Of a DNA stretch of 48,142 nucleotides, positions 34,639 through 43,633 are shown one piece after another. The stretch comes from Methanobacteriota archaeon. GTDB taxonomy: Archaea; Thermoplasmatota; Thermoplasmata; Methanomassiliicoccales; UBA472. Under the pieces are notes generated by a model. It saw only the letters and a list, made by a program, of their open reading frames with translations. It had not been told where the DNA came from and made no database searches. Numbering within the stretch: position 1 is the stretch's first letter; each line of letters opens with the position of its first letter. The DNA lies in contig JAKPZB010000078.1 in assembly GCA_029560215.1 (NCBI GenBank), positions 1 to 48,142 of the forward strand, written 5' to 3'. The position numbers were made by a program, and so were the translations under genes.

Positions 34639-36606
34639 TTACTTCTTCTTCCCCTTGGGCGCCGGGTCCCCGGTAGCCCGGGCGACGATATCAACCCAGG
34701 CGGTCTGCTCCCCTTCCACGTTGTCCCCGCCGAAGAACTTGTTGTGATAGACATCGCTGCGCACCCGTATGTTCTCCGCCCCCGCCTCGTAGACCTTGTT
34801 CCGCACGTACTCCTCGGCCTGCCGACGGGCGGAGCTTATAGCCTGCTCGACATGACCGTAGGTGGTCGGCGTTCCGAAGGGGCCCAGCACGAAGAACACG
34901 TTGTCCATGTTCGGGAAGACCTGGGCGGTGACCGTTTCGGATATCTGGCTGCAGACGGCCCCCACCGCGTTGCCGACATCGTGGTCCTTGGGCATGATCA
35001 CCTTGACGTTCATGCGCTTCTCGAGAGGAGGCATGTAGATATGGGTCGGCGCACCGATGCCTACCAGGGGCCGGTCCAGTCCGGTATGGGAGGTGATGCT
35101 GCTATTATGGTTGCCGTTCACCGTCGACCTCAAGAGGTAGTTGAAACCAGTCGTGCCTTCCATATCGCCCGACTCGTCCAGCACCACCTTGCGCATGACC
35201 TCTTCGCCCACCCGGGTGATGAACTCCTGCTGGAAGGATTCCACGTAGTCCTCGAAGGATTTGTGCGCCCAGTTGGCCATGAACTGCACGCCCAGGCGGG
35301 CCGCCTCCACGTCAAAGCGGTCGAAGTACCCCTGCACGTGCATGAAATCCGTGGCGGTGAGCCCGGTCATCTGCAGGAAGCCGCGGTCCTTGAGATGCTT
35401 GACCACGTCCCGGTAGGTGTAGACCTCGGGATTGCCCAGCCGGACCTCCTCCAGGGTGCTGATGGGATGGGCTTTGACGAACTCGTAGACCGCCCTCTCC
35501 TTAGGGGAGAGCTTGGTCACCGCCCTATCCACGTGAACATAGTAGTTCGTCTCGCTGGTGGAGTTCATCTTCTCCTTGAGCCCCGGATAGGACGCCGAGG
35601 CGACCGACAGCGGCACCACCCGTTCCGGTCCGATCTTGAAGTTGCCCCGCTGATCGGACTCCACGTGGGAATCCCCTCCCAGACCCACGGTCCAGATGTC
35701 GATGGCCCGAACCCGGGTGCGCCAATGGCCGACGGTGGCCCCTTCCTTGGAGATGCGGGGGAACCCGTCATCCAGATAGGCGATGTCCGTGGACGTCCCG
35801 CCGATGTCCACCACGATGAAGCTTTCTTCCTTGCAGAGAAGCTTGCCGCCCATCAGGCTGGCCGCCGGCCCGGACAGGATGGTCTCCACCGGCCTCTCCC
35901 GGGCCTTATCGATGTTCATCAGCGTCCCGTCGCCCTTGAACACCAGGATGGTGGCATCGACGCCCCTTTCCTTCAAGGAACGTTCCACGCCGTCCAGGAA
36001 ATCGGAGATTATCGGCAGCAGGCGAGCGTTCAGCACCGCGGTGACGCTCCGTTCCGGAACCCCCAGCTGGGAAGTGAGATGATGTCCCAGCACCACCGGG
36101 AGCCCGGTGCGTTTCTTGATCATGCGGGAGGCTTCCAGCTCATGCGCGGGATTATAAACGCTGAAATGGCTGGAGACCACGAAGGAATCGACCTCCTCCT
36201 TCATCTTATCCACCGCCTGCTCCAGAGCTTCGGTGTCCAGGGGCGCCAGCTGCTGGGCCCAGACCCCGTGACCACCCTTGATGTAGGCGTCCATGTCGGC
36301 GCCCGAACGGTAATCGCCCATGGGCGTCCAGCCGATCCCGATGTGCCCGACCTTTCCTCCCTTTCCGGTGAGGATGGAATTGGTGGCCAGCGTCGTGGAT
36401 AGCCCTACGAACTGGATGTCCGCCCGGTCGAAGGCGTCGCTCGCCAACGCTTCATCGATAGCCCCAAGTATACCTATAGATAGATCATGATAGGTGGTCT
36501 GGGACTTGCCCTTGGACAGAACCTCCAAGGTGTCCATGTCCACGACAGCCGCGTCGGTGTATGTCCCACCGGTGTCCAGACCCAATCCCAGTCGTCTCGT
36601 CGCCAT
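34639..36606 (-). CDS. Hydantoinase/oxoprolinase A-family (ASKHA) protein
   Basis: LGLGLDTGGTYTDAAVVD at the N-terminus and a second DIGGTSTDIA motif. About 655 aa from the ATG at 36606 (the longer ORF reaches 36660). Confidence 0.8.
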   Translation of the reverse strand: MATRRLGLGLDTGGTYTDAAVVDMDTLEVLSKGKSQTTYHDLSIGILGAIDEALASDAFDRADIQFVGLSTTLATNSILTGKGGKVGHIGIGWTPMGDYRSGADMDAYIKGGHGVWAQQLAPLDTEALEQAVDKMKEEVDSFVVSSHFSVYNPAHELEASRMIKKRTGLPVVLGHHLTSQLGVPERSVTAVLNARLLPIISDFLDGVERSLKERGVDATILVFKGDGTLMNIDKARERPVETILSGPAASLMGGKLLCKEESFIVVDIGGTSTDIAYLDDGFPRISKEGATVGHWRTRVRAIDIWTVGLGGDSHVESDQRGNFKIGPERVVPLSVASASYPGLKEKMNSTSETNYYVHVDRAVTKLSPKERAVYEFVKAHPISTLEEVRLGNPEVYTYRDVVKHLKDRGFLQMTGLTATDFMHVQGYFDRFDVEAARLGVQFMANWAHKSFEDYVESFQQEFITRVGEEVMRKVVLDESGDMEGTTGFNYLLRSTVNGNHNSSITSHTGLDRPLVGIGAPTHIYMPPLEKRMNVKVIMPKDHDVGNAVGAVCSQISETVTAQVFPNMDNVFFVLGPFGTPTTYGHVEQAISSARRQAEEYVRNKVYEAGAENIRVRSDVYHNKFFGGDNVEGEQTAWVDIVARATGDPAPKGKKK

Positions 36607-36656
36607 GTATATCCCTGGGGGATGCACGAGACCGGGATTTAAGAATTCTCTTACTC

Positions 36657-38021
36657 TCAAAGCAATATGGCGATGGGGAGCAAGAGCAGAACGAAGGCCG
36701 CCGCCGCGGTGCCGGCCAGCTTGAACCTCCCGGTCACCCCTTTCGTCCTGGCCCAGCAGAACATGGTGATGATGGAGAGGAGAGCCATCTGGAGGCCGCC
36801 CAGCAGGACGTACTTTTCCCCCACGCCGCTGAAGTCGTCGATGCGAATGTTAACGGCCATCAGGATGACCGCCAGACCTTCCAGGGCGATGAACGCGGTC
36901 GCCACCAGGAACGCTGAGGACGTGATGCGCCTGGGCCACTTGCTCAGCCCTGGGTGGGTGGAGACCAGCCAGGCGATGATGGCGATCATGGAAAGTACCA
37001 GCAGCTGGACGCCGGCCAGGCGGAAGGTCCTCTCCAGGATCGTTCCCAGCCCTTCTATGTAGGTGTTGGCGGCCAGGGCCATGGCGAACACGCCCTCGAA
37101 CGCCAGCATGGAGAGGGCGAAGGTCGGCAGGAACACCTTCGGGTAATGTCGGTCTAGCGGTTCCTTGCGCACCTTCCAGAGAACGGGAGCTATCAATCCT
37201 AGAGCGAAGAGCTGGGAGACCCCGGCCACCACCACCACCTTGATCACGCTACCCACTCCGTCCACGGCCACCGCTCCGACGTAGAAGGTGGCGAATACGC
37301 AACCGGCGGCGATCGTTCCTCCCAGGACGGTCATGGCCACCAGGCTGGGCCAGCCGTTGAGGAACTTGGGCAGCTTGGGGGCCAGCCAAGGATCGTAGGC
37401 CAGGGTCCAAAGGATGAACGTCAGCAGGCCGAGCGTCATCAGGACCAGGCCGCCGTTGGATATGGTGCTCTCCTGGAAGCCGGTGACCCCGATCACCCGG
37501 GTGGTTCCAGCTATTCCGTAGGCGACCAATCCCTCCACGGCTATCAACGCGGCGGCGATCTGCCCGAACGAGTCGGTCAGCCAGTTCTCCGACCTAATAC
37601 TGCGGAGCCGCCACAGACGCAGGGAGATGATGCCGATGCCGAAGAGCTGCCCTCCCACCAGCACTATCCATTTCTTTCCGACCCCTCCGAAGTCGGTGAT
37701 GAACACGTCTCCGGCCAGCACGGCGATGGCGATGCCCTCCACCGCCACCAGCCCCATGCCCAGATAGGCGAACAGGCTCAGAAGCCTGATCAGGATCGGT
37801 CTCTCCAGGTCGGGGAAGGCCATCGTGAAGGCCCAGACCGCGGTGATGAAGACCCCCAGGACCGCCAGCTGAACGGCCGCCAATTGGAAGGTGGAGGCCA
37901 TGATGGTCCCGACGCCGTCTATTCTGGTCACATCGGCCAGGCTGAGAGCGAAGAAGCCCTCGAAGGCGATGGCCCAGCCCAACAGGATGCCCGACAATGT
38001 TCGGTTGGATACGCCCTTCAT
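36657..38021 (-). CDS. Integral membrane protein built from six tandem repeats of about 70-75 aa (two TM helices each)
   Basis: Repeats share A-x-EG ... I-[DE]-G-x-G ... G-[VG]-Q-[LM] ... W. Examples: AFEGFFALSLADVTRIDGVGT..AAVQLAVLGVFITAVW, AVEGIAIAVLAGDVFITDFGGVG..GGQLFGIGIISLRLW, AFEGVFAMALAANTYIEGLGT..AGVQLLVLSMIAIIAW, ALEGLAVILMAVNIRIDDFSGVG..GGLQMALLSIITMFCW. Confidence 0.7.
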   Translation of the reverse strand: MKGVSNRTLSGILLGWAIAFEGFFALSLADVTRIDGVGTIMASTFQLAAVQLAVLGVFITAVWAFTMAFPDLERPILIRLLSLFAYLGMGLVAVEGIAIAVLAGDVFITDFGGVGKKWIVLVGGQLFGIGIISLRLWRLRSIRSENWLTDSFGQIAAALIAVEGLVAYGIAGTTRVIGVTGFQESTISNGGLVLMTLGLLTFILWTLAYDPWLAPKLPKFLNGWPSLVAMTVLGGTIAAGCVFATFYVGAVAVDGVGSVIKVVVVAGVSQLFALGLIAPVLWKVRKEPLDRHYPKVFLPTFALSMLAFEGVFAMALAANTYIEGLGTILERTFRLAGVQLLVLSMIAIIAWLVSTHPGLSKWPRRITSSAFLVATAFIALEGLAVILMAVNIRIDDFSGVGEKYVLLGGLQMALLSIITMFCWARTKGVTGRFKLAGTAAAAFVLLLLPIAILL

Positions 38022-38075
38022 TCACTCCCCCGATTTCTGAAGATACCTCTCTCTTCGATTATACAAGTTACGCAG

Positions 38076-38912
38076 TCAATCTGAACCGGCGGAACCATGG
38101 ACGCGTTCCCCGGCGGTGCTCGTGATGGTTCCTTCTCCGCCAGCGGCGGATGTCCTCATGTAAAGGTCGTTGATGGTCTCGAGCGACCTCTGGCCTTTCG
38201 GGGTGAGCGCGTAATCGCCGCGGCCGCCTCTCTGGAACACCATGCCGGTGCCGGTGAGCCTCTGCAGATGGAAGAGCAGGTTCCCTCCTCGCAGATTGGT
38301 CAGGGAGGAGAGCTCGGTGAACGAGCGCTGCGATCGGCTCAGCGCTTTCATGATCAGCATGCGCTGGGGGTTGGACAGCGGTTCGAGGATGTCCCGAACG
38401 ATGATCTCCTCGGGCATCAGGTCGATGCTGTCTCTGATCTCTTCCTTGCTGCGGTAGAGCCCAAGCTGCCGCATCAGTTCGGTCTGGTCCTGGAATAGGG
38501 AACCGACCTCCCGGAAGCATCCATCGCACCTTCCCGCCACGGCTTGGGACCTCAGGGATTCCAACTTTTCTGATTGCCGGTCGAGGTCCTCCTCGGTCAC
38601 CCTCGGCCGGTCGAGCAGGCTGAGGTTCTCGTCAAGGAGCTCCATGAACCTCTGACGACACTCCGGCCGCATCTCGCATCTCTTGGCCATACCCGCGTCC
38701 AGCCGGCTCGCCGCCTTCTGCCGCGCCTCGTCTCTTAGCAGATCGAAGACCTCCGGCCGTCGGAGCTCGGAGCCCTGAGAGCTCCTCAGCAGGGCGGTTA
38801 TGTAACGAAGCTCCAGCCCCATCTCCTCCACCTTCTGTTTGAGCTGAACTATCTCCTTACCAACGGCATCCTCGTGGACGGTCATTTCGCACCGATACAT
38901 GATAATGACCAA
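38076..38912 (-). CDS. ArsR-like wHTH protein with a long Cys-containing coiled-coil N-terminal region
   Basis: C-terminal LSNPQRMLIMKALSRSQRSFTELSSLTNLRGGNLLFHLQRLTGTGMV is an ArsR/SmtB-type wHTH. The N-terminal roughly 170 aa contain CEMRPEC and RCDGC pairs. Confidence 0.65.
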   Translation of the reverse strand: MVIIMYRCEMTVHEDAVGKEIVQLKQKVEEMGLELRYITALLRSSQGSELRRPEVFDLLRDEARQKAASRLDAGMAKRCEMRPECRQRFMELLDENLSLLDRPRVTEEDLDRQSEKLESLRSQAVAGRCDGCFREVGSLFQDQTELMRQLGLYRSKEEIRDSIDLMPEEIIVRDILEPLSNPQRMLIMKALSRSQRSFTELSSLTNLRGGNLLFHLQRLTGTGMVFQRGGRGDYALTPKGQRSLETINDLYMRTSAAGGEGTITSTAGERVHGSAGSD

Positions 38913-39002
38913 ACGGTATAAGATTATGCACCGATATTTTTATTGATTAAATATTATTTTTATAAAAGGTCATAAAAAAAAGGAATTGGGGGCAGTGCCC
39001 CT

Positions 39003-39638
39003 TTAGTGCTTCAGGAGCCTGATCGCTTCGCGAACGGCTTCGTTGGCGTCGTAGCCCCAGCCGTCTGCGCCGATGCTCTTGGCAAAGTCCGCAGAGGTGG
39101 CGCCGCCACCGATCATGGTCTTTACCTTTCCCTTCATGCCGCCCTCGGCCAGCATCTTCTCGATCTCCTTCATGCCCGCCAGGGTGGGGGTCATCAGGGT
39201 GGAGGTCGCGACGATCTGAGCGCTCTCGTCCTTGGCCTTCTGCACGATGTCCTTCAGGGGCACGTCGCGGCCGAGGTCGAAGATGGTGTTGCCAGCGCCG
39301 GTCAGCAGGGCCTTGACGATGTTCTTGCCGATGTCGTGAACATCTCCCTCGACCACGCAGAGGACGATCTTTCCGGCAGCCTCAGCGGAGGCGGTGTCCA
39401 GCTTCGGCAGGGCCAGGTTCAATCCCTGGTACAGGGTCTGGGCGGACAGCAAGACCTGGGGCAGGAAGTACTCCTTCTTCTCATACTTCTCGCCGACGAT
39501 CTCCATCGCCTTGCTCAAGCCGTTGAAGATGATCTCCTTGGCGGAGACTCCAGAGTCAAGGAGCTTCTGGGTCTCTCCCTTGGCTTCCTTGATCCTCCCC
39601 TTAACCACTATGTCAATCAATGCGTCCATGTTTGCCAT
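39003..39638 (-). CDS. Cobalamin-binding corrinoid protein (MtbC/MttC/MtmC size class)
   Basis: B12-binding DxHxxG motif (EGDVHDIGKN), an N-terminal four-helix cap region, about 211 aa. ATG at 39638 preceded by GGAGGAAAATAAA. No cognate substrate methyltransferase is adjacent. Confidence 0.9.
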   Translation of the reverse strand: MANMDALIDIVVKGRIKEAKGETQKLLDSGVSAKEIIFNGLSKAMEIVGEKYEKKEYFLPQVLLSAQTLYQGLNLALPKLDTASAEAAGKIVLCVVEGDVHDIGKNIVKALLTGAGNTIFDLGRDVPLKDIVQKAKDESAQIVATSTLMTPTLAGMKEIEKMLAEGGMKGKVKTMIGGGATSADFAKSIGADGWGYDANEAVREAIRLLKH

Positions 39639-39704
39639 TTTATTTTCCTCCAAAGAAGTTTTCTGCGTCCAAATTTCAATCGAGACTAATAAACCCTTGG
39701 ATGG

Positions 39705-39752
39705 ATGGATGAGACATCCATACTATCCTTAGTGGATGGATTATTCATCCAT
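39705..39752. promoter_or_regulatory. Two ATGGAT-N5-ATCCAT palindromes, centres 31 bp apart, upstream of the corrinoid protein gene
   Basis: ATGGAT-GAGAC-ATCCAT (39705-39721) and ATGGAT-TATTC-ATCCAT (39736-39752), 67-114 nt upstream of the ATG at 39638. Confidence 0.6.
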
Positions 39753-39799
39753 GAATTCGTGCCATGCACTATTGTTAAGGCCGTTTAATTACATTATAT

Positions 39800-40912
39800 T
39801 CATGCGTTTTTGTAAATAATTTCGCCGCATGACGCGCACCGGCCTTCGATCGTCCGGTCGTCGATCTCGGAATATGATGGGCAGAACTTGCTGAGGCGGT
39901 TGCCTTCATAGACCACCTTCTCCGAGACCTCCGTGGCCGCCCTGCCGATGACCAGAGAACTGCATCCTGGGCAATATGTCTGATGCTCGTCGCCCTCCAC
40001 CATTCCGCTCAGGTAAACGAACCTCAACCCCTGCGAGATCGCCCTGGCCTTAGCCTCCCTCATCGGCTGCATTCCGGTCGGCTGAAGATGAGAGAGCCGG
40101 TGGGCGGGCATGAAACGGTATAGGTGAATCGGCACTTCCCTTCCCAAGCCCGCCGCCCAGCCGAAGAAATCGTTCAATTCTTCCTTCCCGTCGTTCAACC
40201 CGGGGATGATCAGATAGGCCAGCTCGAGATGCCTTCCGCCTTCGCGGATCATCTGGCAGGCTCGCAGCACTGGGGATAACGTCCCTCCGCAATTGACCCT
40301 ATAGAATTCATCTCTGAAGCCCTTGACGTCCACCTTGAAAACGTCCACCGATTCCAGGAGATCCTTGAGCGGCCCCGTCTCCACGTAGCCGTTGGTGTTC
40401 ATCATGATGTAGAGATGGCGTTCCTTGGCCAGCCTGCCAGTGTCGATGATGAACTCGCTCCAGACCACCGGCTCGTTGAAGGTGAAGGCGATCCCCTGCA
40501 CCTTTTTATCCAAGGCGAAGGAGACCAGCTCCTCGGGGGACGTCACTGGCTCGCTCCGCCCCTCAGGACCCGACGAGGCCAGGGCGGCGTTCTGGCAACA
40601 GTCGCAGTCCAGATTGCAACCGAAGGTGCCTACGGACAACAACTTGCTGCCCGGGCGGTAATGATAGATTGGTTTCTTCTCGATCTGGTCCACCGCCTGG
40701 GCGCAGACGCGGCCGTAATTGAGGGCGAACAATGCACCACCGATAACCCCGCGGGTCCGGCACTTGCCCAGACCGCCCTCGGGAATGGAACAGCGATGAG
40801 GGCACAGGCCACAGACAAAGCTAATCCCCTCTGGAACGCCCCACCTCGCCGGCCGAACCCCGCCATTAGACCCTGGATCAATAATCGTCATCCTCGCTTT
40901 GGGATGCACCAC
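39800..40912 (-). CDS. Radical SAM enzyme of the AmmeMemoRadiSam / PflA-like (COG1180) type
   Basis: N-terminal CGLCPHRC...GKC cluster, radical SAM motif GCNLDCDCCQN (CX3CX2C), C-terminal CPGC...CASC zinc-ribbon-like pairs. 370 aa. Confidence 0.7.
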   Translation of the reverse strand: MVHPKARMTIIDPGSNGGVRPARWGVPEGISFVCGLCPHRCSIPEGGLGKCRTRGVIGGALFALNYGRVCAQAVDQIEKKPIYHYRPGSKLLSVGTFGCNLDCDCCQNAALASSGPEGRSEPVTSPEELVSFALDKKVQGIAFTFNEPVVWSEFIIDTGRLAKERHLYIMMNTNGYVETGPLKDLLESVDVFKVDVKGFRDEFYRVNCGGTLSPVLRACQMIREGGRHLELAYLIIPGLNDGKEELNDFFGWAAGLGREVPIHLYRFMPAHRLSHLQPTGMQPMREAKARAISQGLRFVYLSGMVEGDEHQTYCPGCSSLVIGRAATEVSEKVVYEGNRLSKFCPSYSEIDDRTIEGRCASCGEIIYKNA

Positions 40913-41069
40913 AAACAGGGCATTTGTCTTGGTTCTTCTTCAAGATACATCCACAGACGATGCACTCCACCAAACTAACCCTCTGAAAAATATAGTGGTT
41001 ATGACGGTAATTAATTTTCGGTCCGAATCATAAAATGGGGAAGGACCGGAACCGTTCGTCGGCGGGACG

Positions 41070-42008
41070 CTAATCCATGCCGGCTACGGTGAGGGATAGG
41101 CCTTTCTTCAGATCGTAGGCGGGGGCGTATCCCAGCATCCGGCGGGCCTTGGAGATGTCGGCGAGGGAATGCTTTACGTCGCCCTTTCTCTCTTCCTGGT
41201 GGACGATGTTCCCCTCTTCCTTCCGGTCCAAAGATCTCAGGACCAATGAGGCCAGCTGGTTGACCGTGACCTTCTCCTGATTGGCCACGTTGAACACCTC
41301 GCCGTGATGCCTCTCGTCCATCGCCGCCAGTATGTTCGCCTGCACTACGTCCTTGACGAACACGAAGTCCCTGGTCTGCTCCCCGTCCCCGTAGATGGTG
41401 AGCGGCCTTCCGGCCTTGGCCGCGGATATGAAGCGCGGGATGACCGCGGCGTAATCCGAGCCGGGGTCCTGCCGAGGTCCATAAACGTTGAAGTAGCGCA
41501 GGCTGCAGGTGGGCAGTCGATAGTTGAGCCAGAAGTTGCGGCAGTACATCTCCCCGGTCATCTTGGTCACCGCGTACGGGGATATCGGGGCGGGCAGATC
41601 GTCCTCCCGCTTGATCTCCGAGGGCGCGTCGCCATAGACGGCGGAGGAGGAGGCAAAGACCAACTTGCGCACCTTGGCGTCCCGCGCCTCCATCAGCACC
41701 CGGAGCGTACCGCACACGTTCACCTGGTTACTGGAGATGGGATCGTCCACGCTCCGCGGAACGGAAGCGATGGCCGCGTGATGGAAGACGTAATCCACCC
41801 CTTCCATGGCCCCGCGGACCGTGTCGATGTCCCTGATGCTCCCGTTGATGAGCTCGACGTCCATCCCGTCCAGGTTGTTCCGCTTCCCGGTGGTCAGGTC
41901 GTCCAGGACCAGCACTTCGTTCTCCTCGTGGAGCGCCTGGGCGATGTTGGAACCTATGAAACCGGCTCCGCCGGTTATGAGCACCCTCTTCCGCTTGATG
42001 GTTGGCAT
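41070..42008 (-). CDS. NAD-dependent sugar epimerase/dehydratase (SDR, UDP-glucose 4-epimerase-like)
   Basis: Start at internal Met54 (MPTIKRKRVLITGGAGFIGSN: Rossmann GxxGxxG) and the catalytic YxxxK (YAVTK). Confidence 0.85.
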   Translation of the reverse strand: MPTIKRKRVLITGGAGFIGSNIAQALHEENEVLVLDDLTTGKRNNLDGMDVELINGSIRDIDTVRGAMEGVDYVFHHAAIASVPRSVDDPISSNQVNVCGTLRVLMEARDAKVRKLVFASSSAVYGDAPSEIKREDDLPAPISPYAVTKMTGEMYCRNFWLNYRLPTCSLRYFNVYGPRQDPGSDYAAVIPRFISAAKAGRPLTIYGDGEQTRDFVFVKDVVQANILAAMDERHHGEVFNVANQEKVTVNQLASLVLRSLDRKEEGNIVHQEERKGDVKHSLADISKARRMLGYAPAYDLKKGLSLTVAGMD

Positions 42009-42042
42009 GGACGTAAAGGGAAAACCATGGACGCTCTTGAAC

Positions 42043-42816
42043 CTATGCCCTCCGACGACCCTTCGACTGGTCCCGGACCTTGCCCAGCCGGATGAGCCCG
42101 ATGTCGCTGCAACCGAACACCAGAGCCTCGCCCATGTCCACCTCTCGGAGCCCCGGGGATAGGACATCTCCGGCCAGGAGGGTGCTGACGTCGTTCCCGG
42201 CGGCCAGGGGACTGAAGGCCGGCAGCACCAGCACCTCCGCCTGCGGATGATAGAGGAAGGCTGGAAGTTTAACGTATCCTCCTACGCCGTCGAACAGCCG
42301 GGCCGAGGGATGTTCGTGCCCCTGCACCAGCGGTCGCCCGGGTTCGGTGAGGTGACCGTGCGAAAGGTGCACGCCGTCGATCACCGCTTGGTCAACCAGC
42401 TCCAGGCCCAGGCGGGAGGTGATGGTGGCCAGGTAGTTGTCGTGATTGCCGCGGACCACGGTCAGCTCGGCCAGCGAACCGAGATGCTCCAGCATTTCCC
42501 GCACCTGCGACCACTCCTGGTCCAGGTTGCGGGAGAACTCGTGCTTGAGGTCCCCCAGCACCACGATGCGCTTGGGATGATGTGCGCTCACCACCTCGTC
42601 GATCCGCCGCCTCATCTCCCTGGCCTGGGCGCGGGGGAGCTGCATGCCCTCCAGCTCCAGGCTGGCCTCTATGCCCAGATGAAGGTCCCCCAGCAACAAT
42701 GTCCGGGAGCGCATCAGCATCGCGCAACGTCCGTTGATCAGACGGAGGTCGGGCGCGACATCGAGGTGCTGCATGCCTTCCCGAAGGTCGCGGGAGGATA
42801 TCAATCCCTTGCCCAT
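42043..42816 (-). CDS. Calcineurin-like metallophosphoesterase (archaeal SbcD-related small type)
   Basis: LLLGDLHLG, VVLGDLKHEF, VVRGNHDN and SHGH motifs. Start at 42816 (MGKG..) or 42774 (MQHLD..). Confidence 0.7.
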   Translation of the reverse strand: MGKGLISSRDLREGMQHLDVAPDLRLINGRCAMLMRSRTLLLGDLHLGIEASLELEGMQLPRAQAREMRRRIDEVVSAHHPKRIVVLGDLKHEFSRNLDQEWSQVREMLEHLGSLAELTVVRGNHDNYLATITSRLGLELVDQAVIDGVHLSHGHLTEPGRPLVQGHEHPSARLFDGVGGYVKLPAFLYHPQAEVLVLPAFSPLAAGNDVSTLLAGDVLSPGLREVDMGEALVFGCSDIGLIRLGKVRDQSKGRRRA

Positions 42817-42865
42817 TTTCGAAGCTGGGGGCGATAGGATATTATACGGACGCTCCGCTGAAAGG

Positions 42866-43633
42866 ATGATGATCAGGCGCACCTTCCTTCTACTTCCGGG
42901 CATCGGACAGCTGAAGGAGCGCAGGCTCTGGGAGACCGGCGTGCTCTCCTGGGAGGATTTCTTCGACCGAAGGCATCTGGCCGGCATATCGGACCGCCGG
43001 AAGGGGGACCTGGACCAGGAGCTGGGGACGGCCAAGGAGCTTTGGGACCGGGGACGGACCGAATACTTTACCAGACTCCTTCCATCAGGACAGCATTGGC
43101 GCATGTACCGCCGCCTGAAGGAAGATACCGCCTACCTGGACATAGAGACGAACGGACTGGGACCTGGCGCCATCATAACCATGATCTCCGTGCATCGTAA
43201 CGGTGATACCACCACTCTGACCAGGGGCATGGACCTCAACGCGGAGAATTTGACCAGAACGCTGGACGGGACCAAGATGCTGGTCACCTTCAACGGCAGC
43301 ACCTTCGATCTGCCGATGATCGAAAGGGAGTTCCCCTTCTCCGTTCCCAAGGTCCCTCATTACGACCTCAGGCACGCCTGCCCCAAGGTGGGATTGTCCG
43401 GAGGGCTGAAACAGGTGGAGATACTTCTCGGCTACCGCCGCCCGCAGGAGGTGGCCTACGTCACCGGAGAGGAGGCGGTCTATCTCTGGCACCTCTGGGA
43501 GCGGAAGGGGAACGAGAACGCCCTCAAGCTTCTGCGCCGTTACAACCAGGAGGACACCAGGAACCTGGAGCAGCTGGCCGAGGTGGTTTACGGTAGGCTG
43601 GAGGAGAGATCGCTCGCGGGGTGCGGCAGATGA
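42866..43633 (+). CDS. RNase H-fold 3'-5' exonuclease (YprB/COG3359-like) with an N-terminal HhH
   Basis: LLLPGIGQLKERRL (HhH), exo motifs AYLDIETNG, TFNGSTFDLP and YNQEDT. Start at internal Met45. Confidence 0.7.
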   Translation: MMIRRTFLLLPGIGQLKERRLWETGVLSWEDFFDRRHLAGISDRRKGDLDQELGTAKELWDRGRTEYFTRLLPSGQHWRMYRRLKEDTAYLDIETNGLGPGAIITMISVHRNGDTTTLTRGMDLNAENLTRTLDGTKMLVTFNGSTFDLPMIEREFPFSVPKVPHYDLRHACPKVGLSGGLKQVEILLGYRRPQEVAYVTGEEAVYLWHLWERKGNENALKLLRRYNQEDTRNLEQLAEVVYGRLEERSLAGCGR

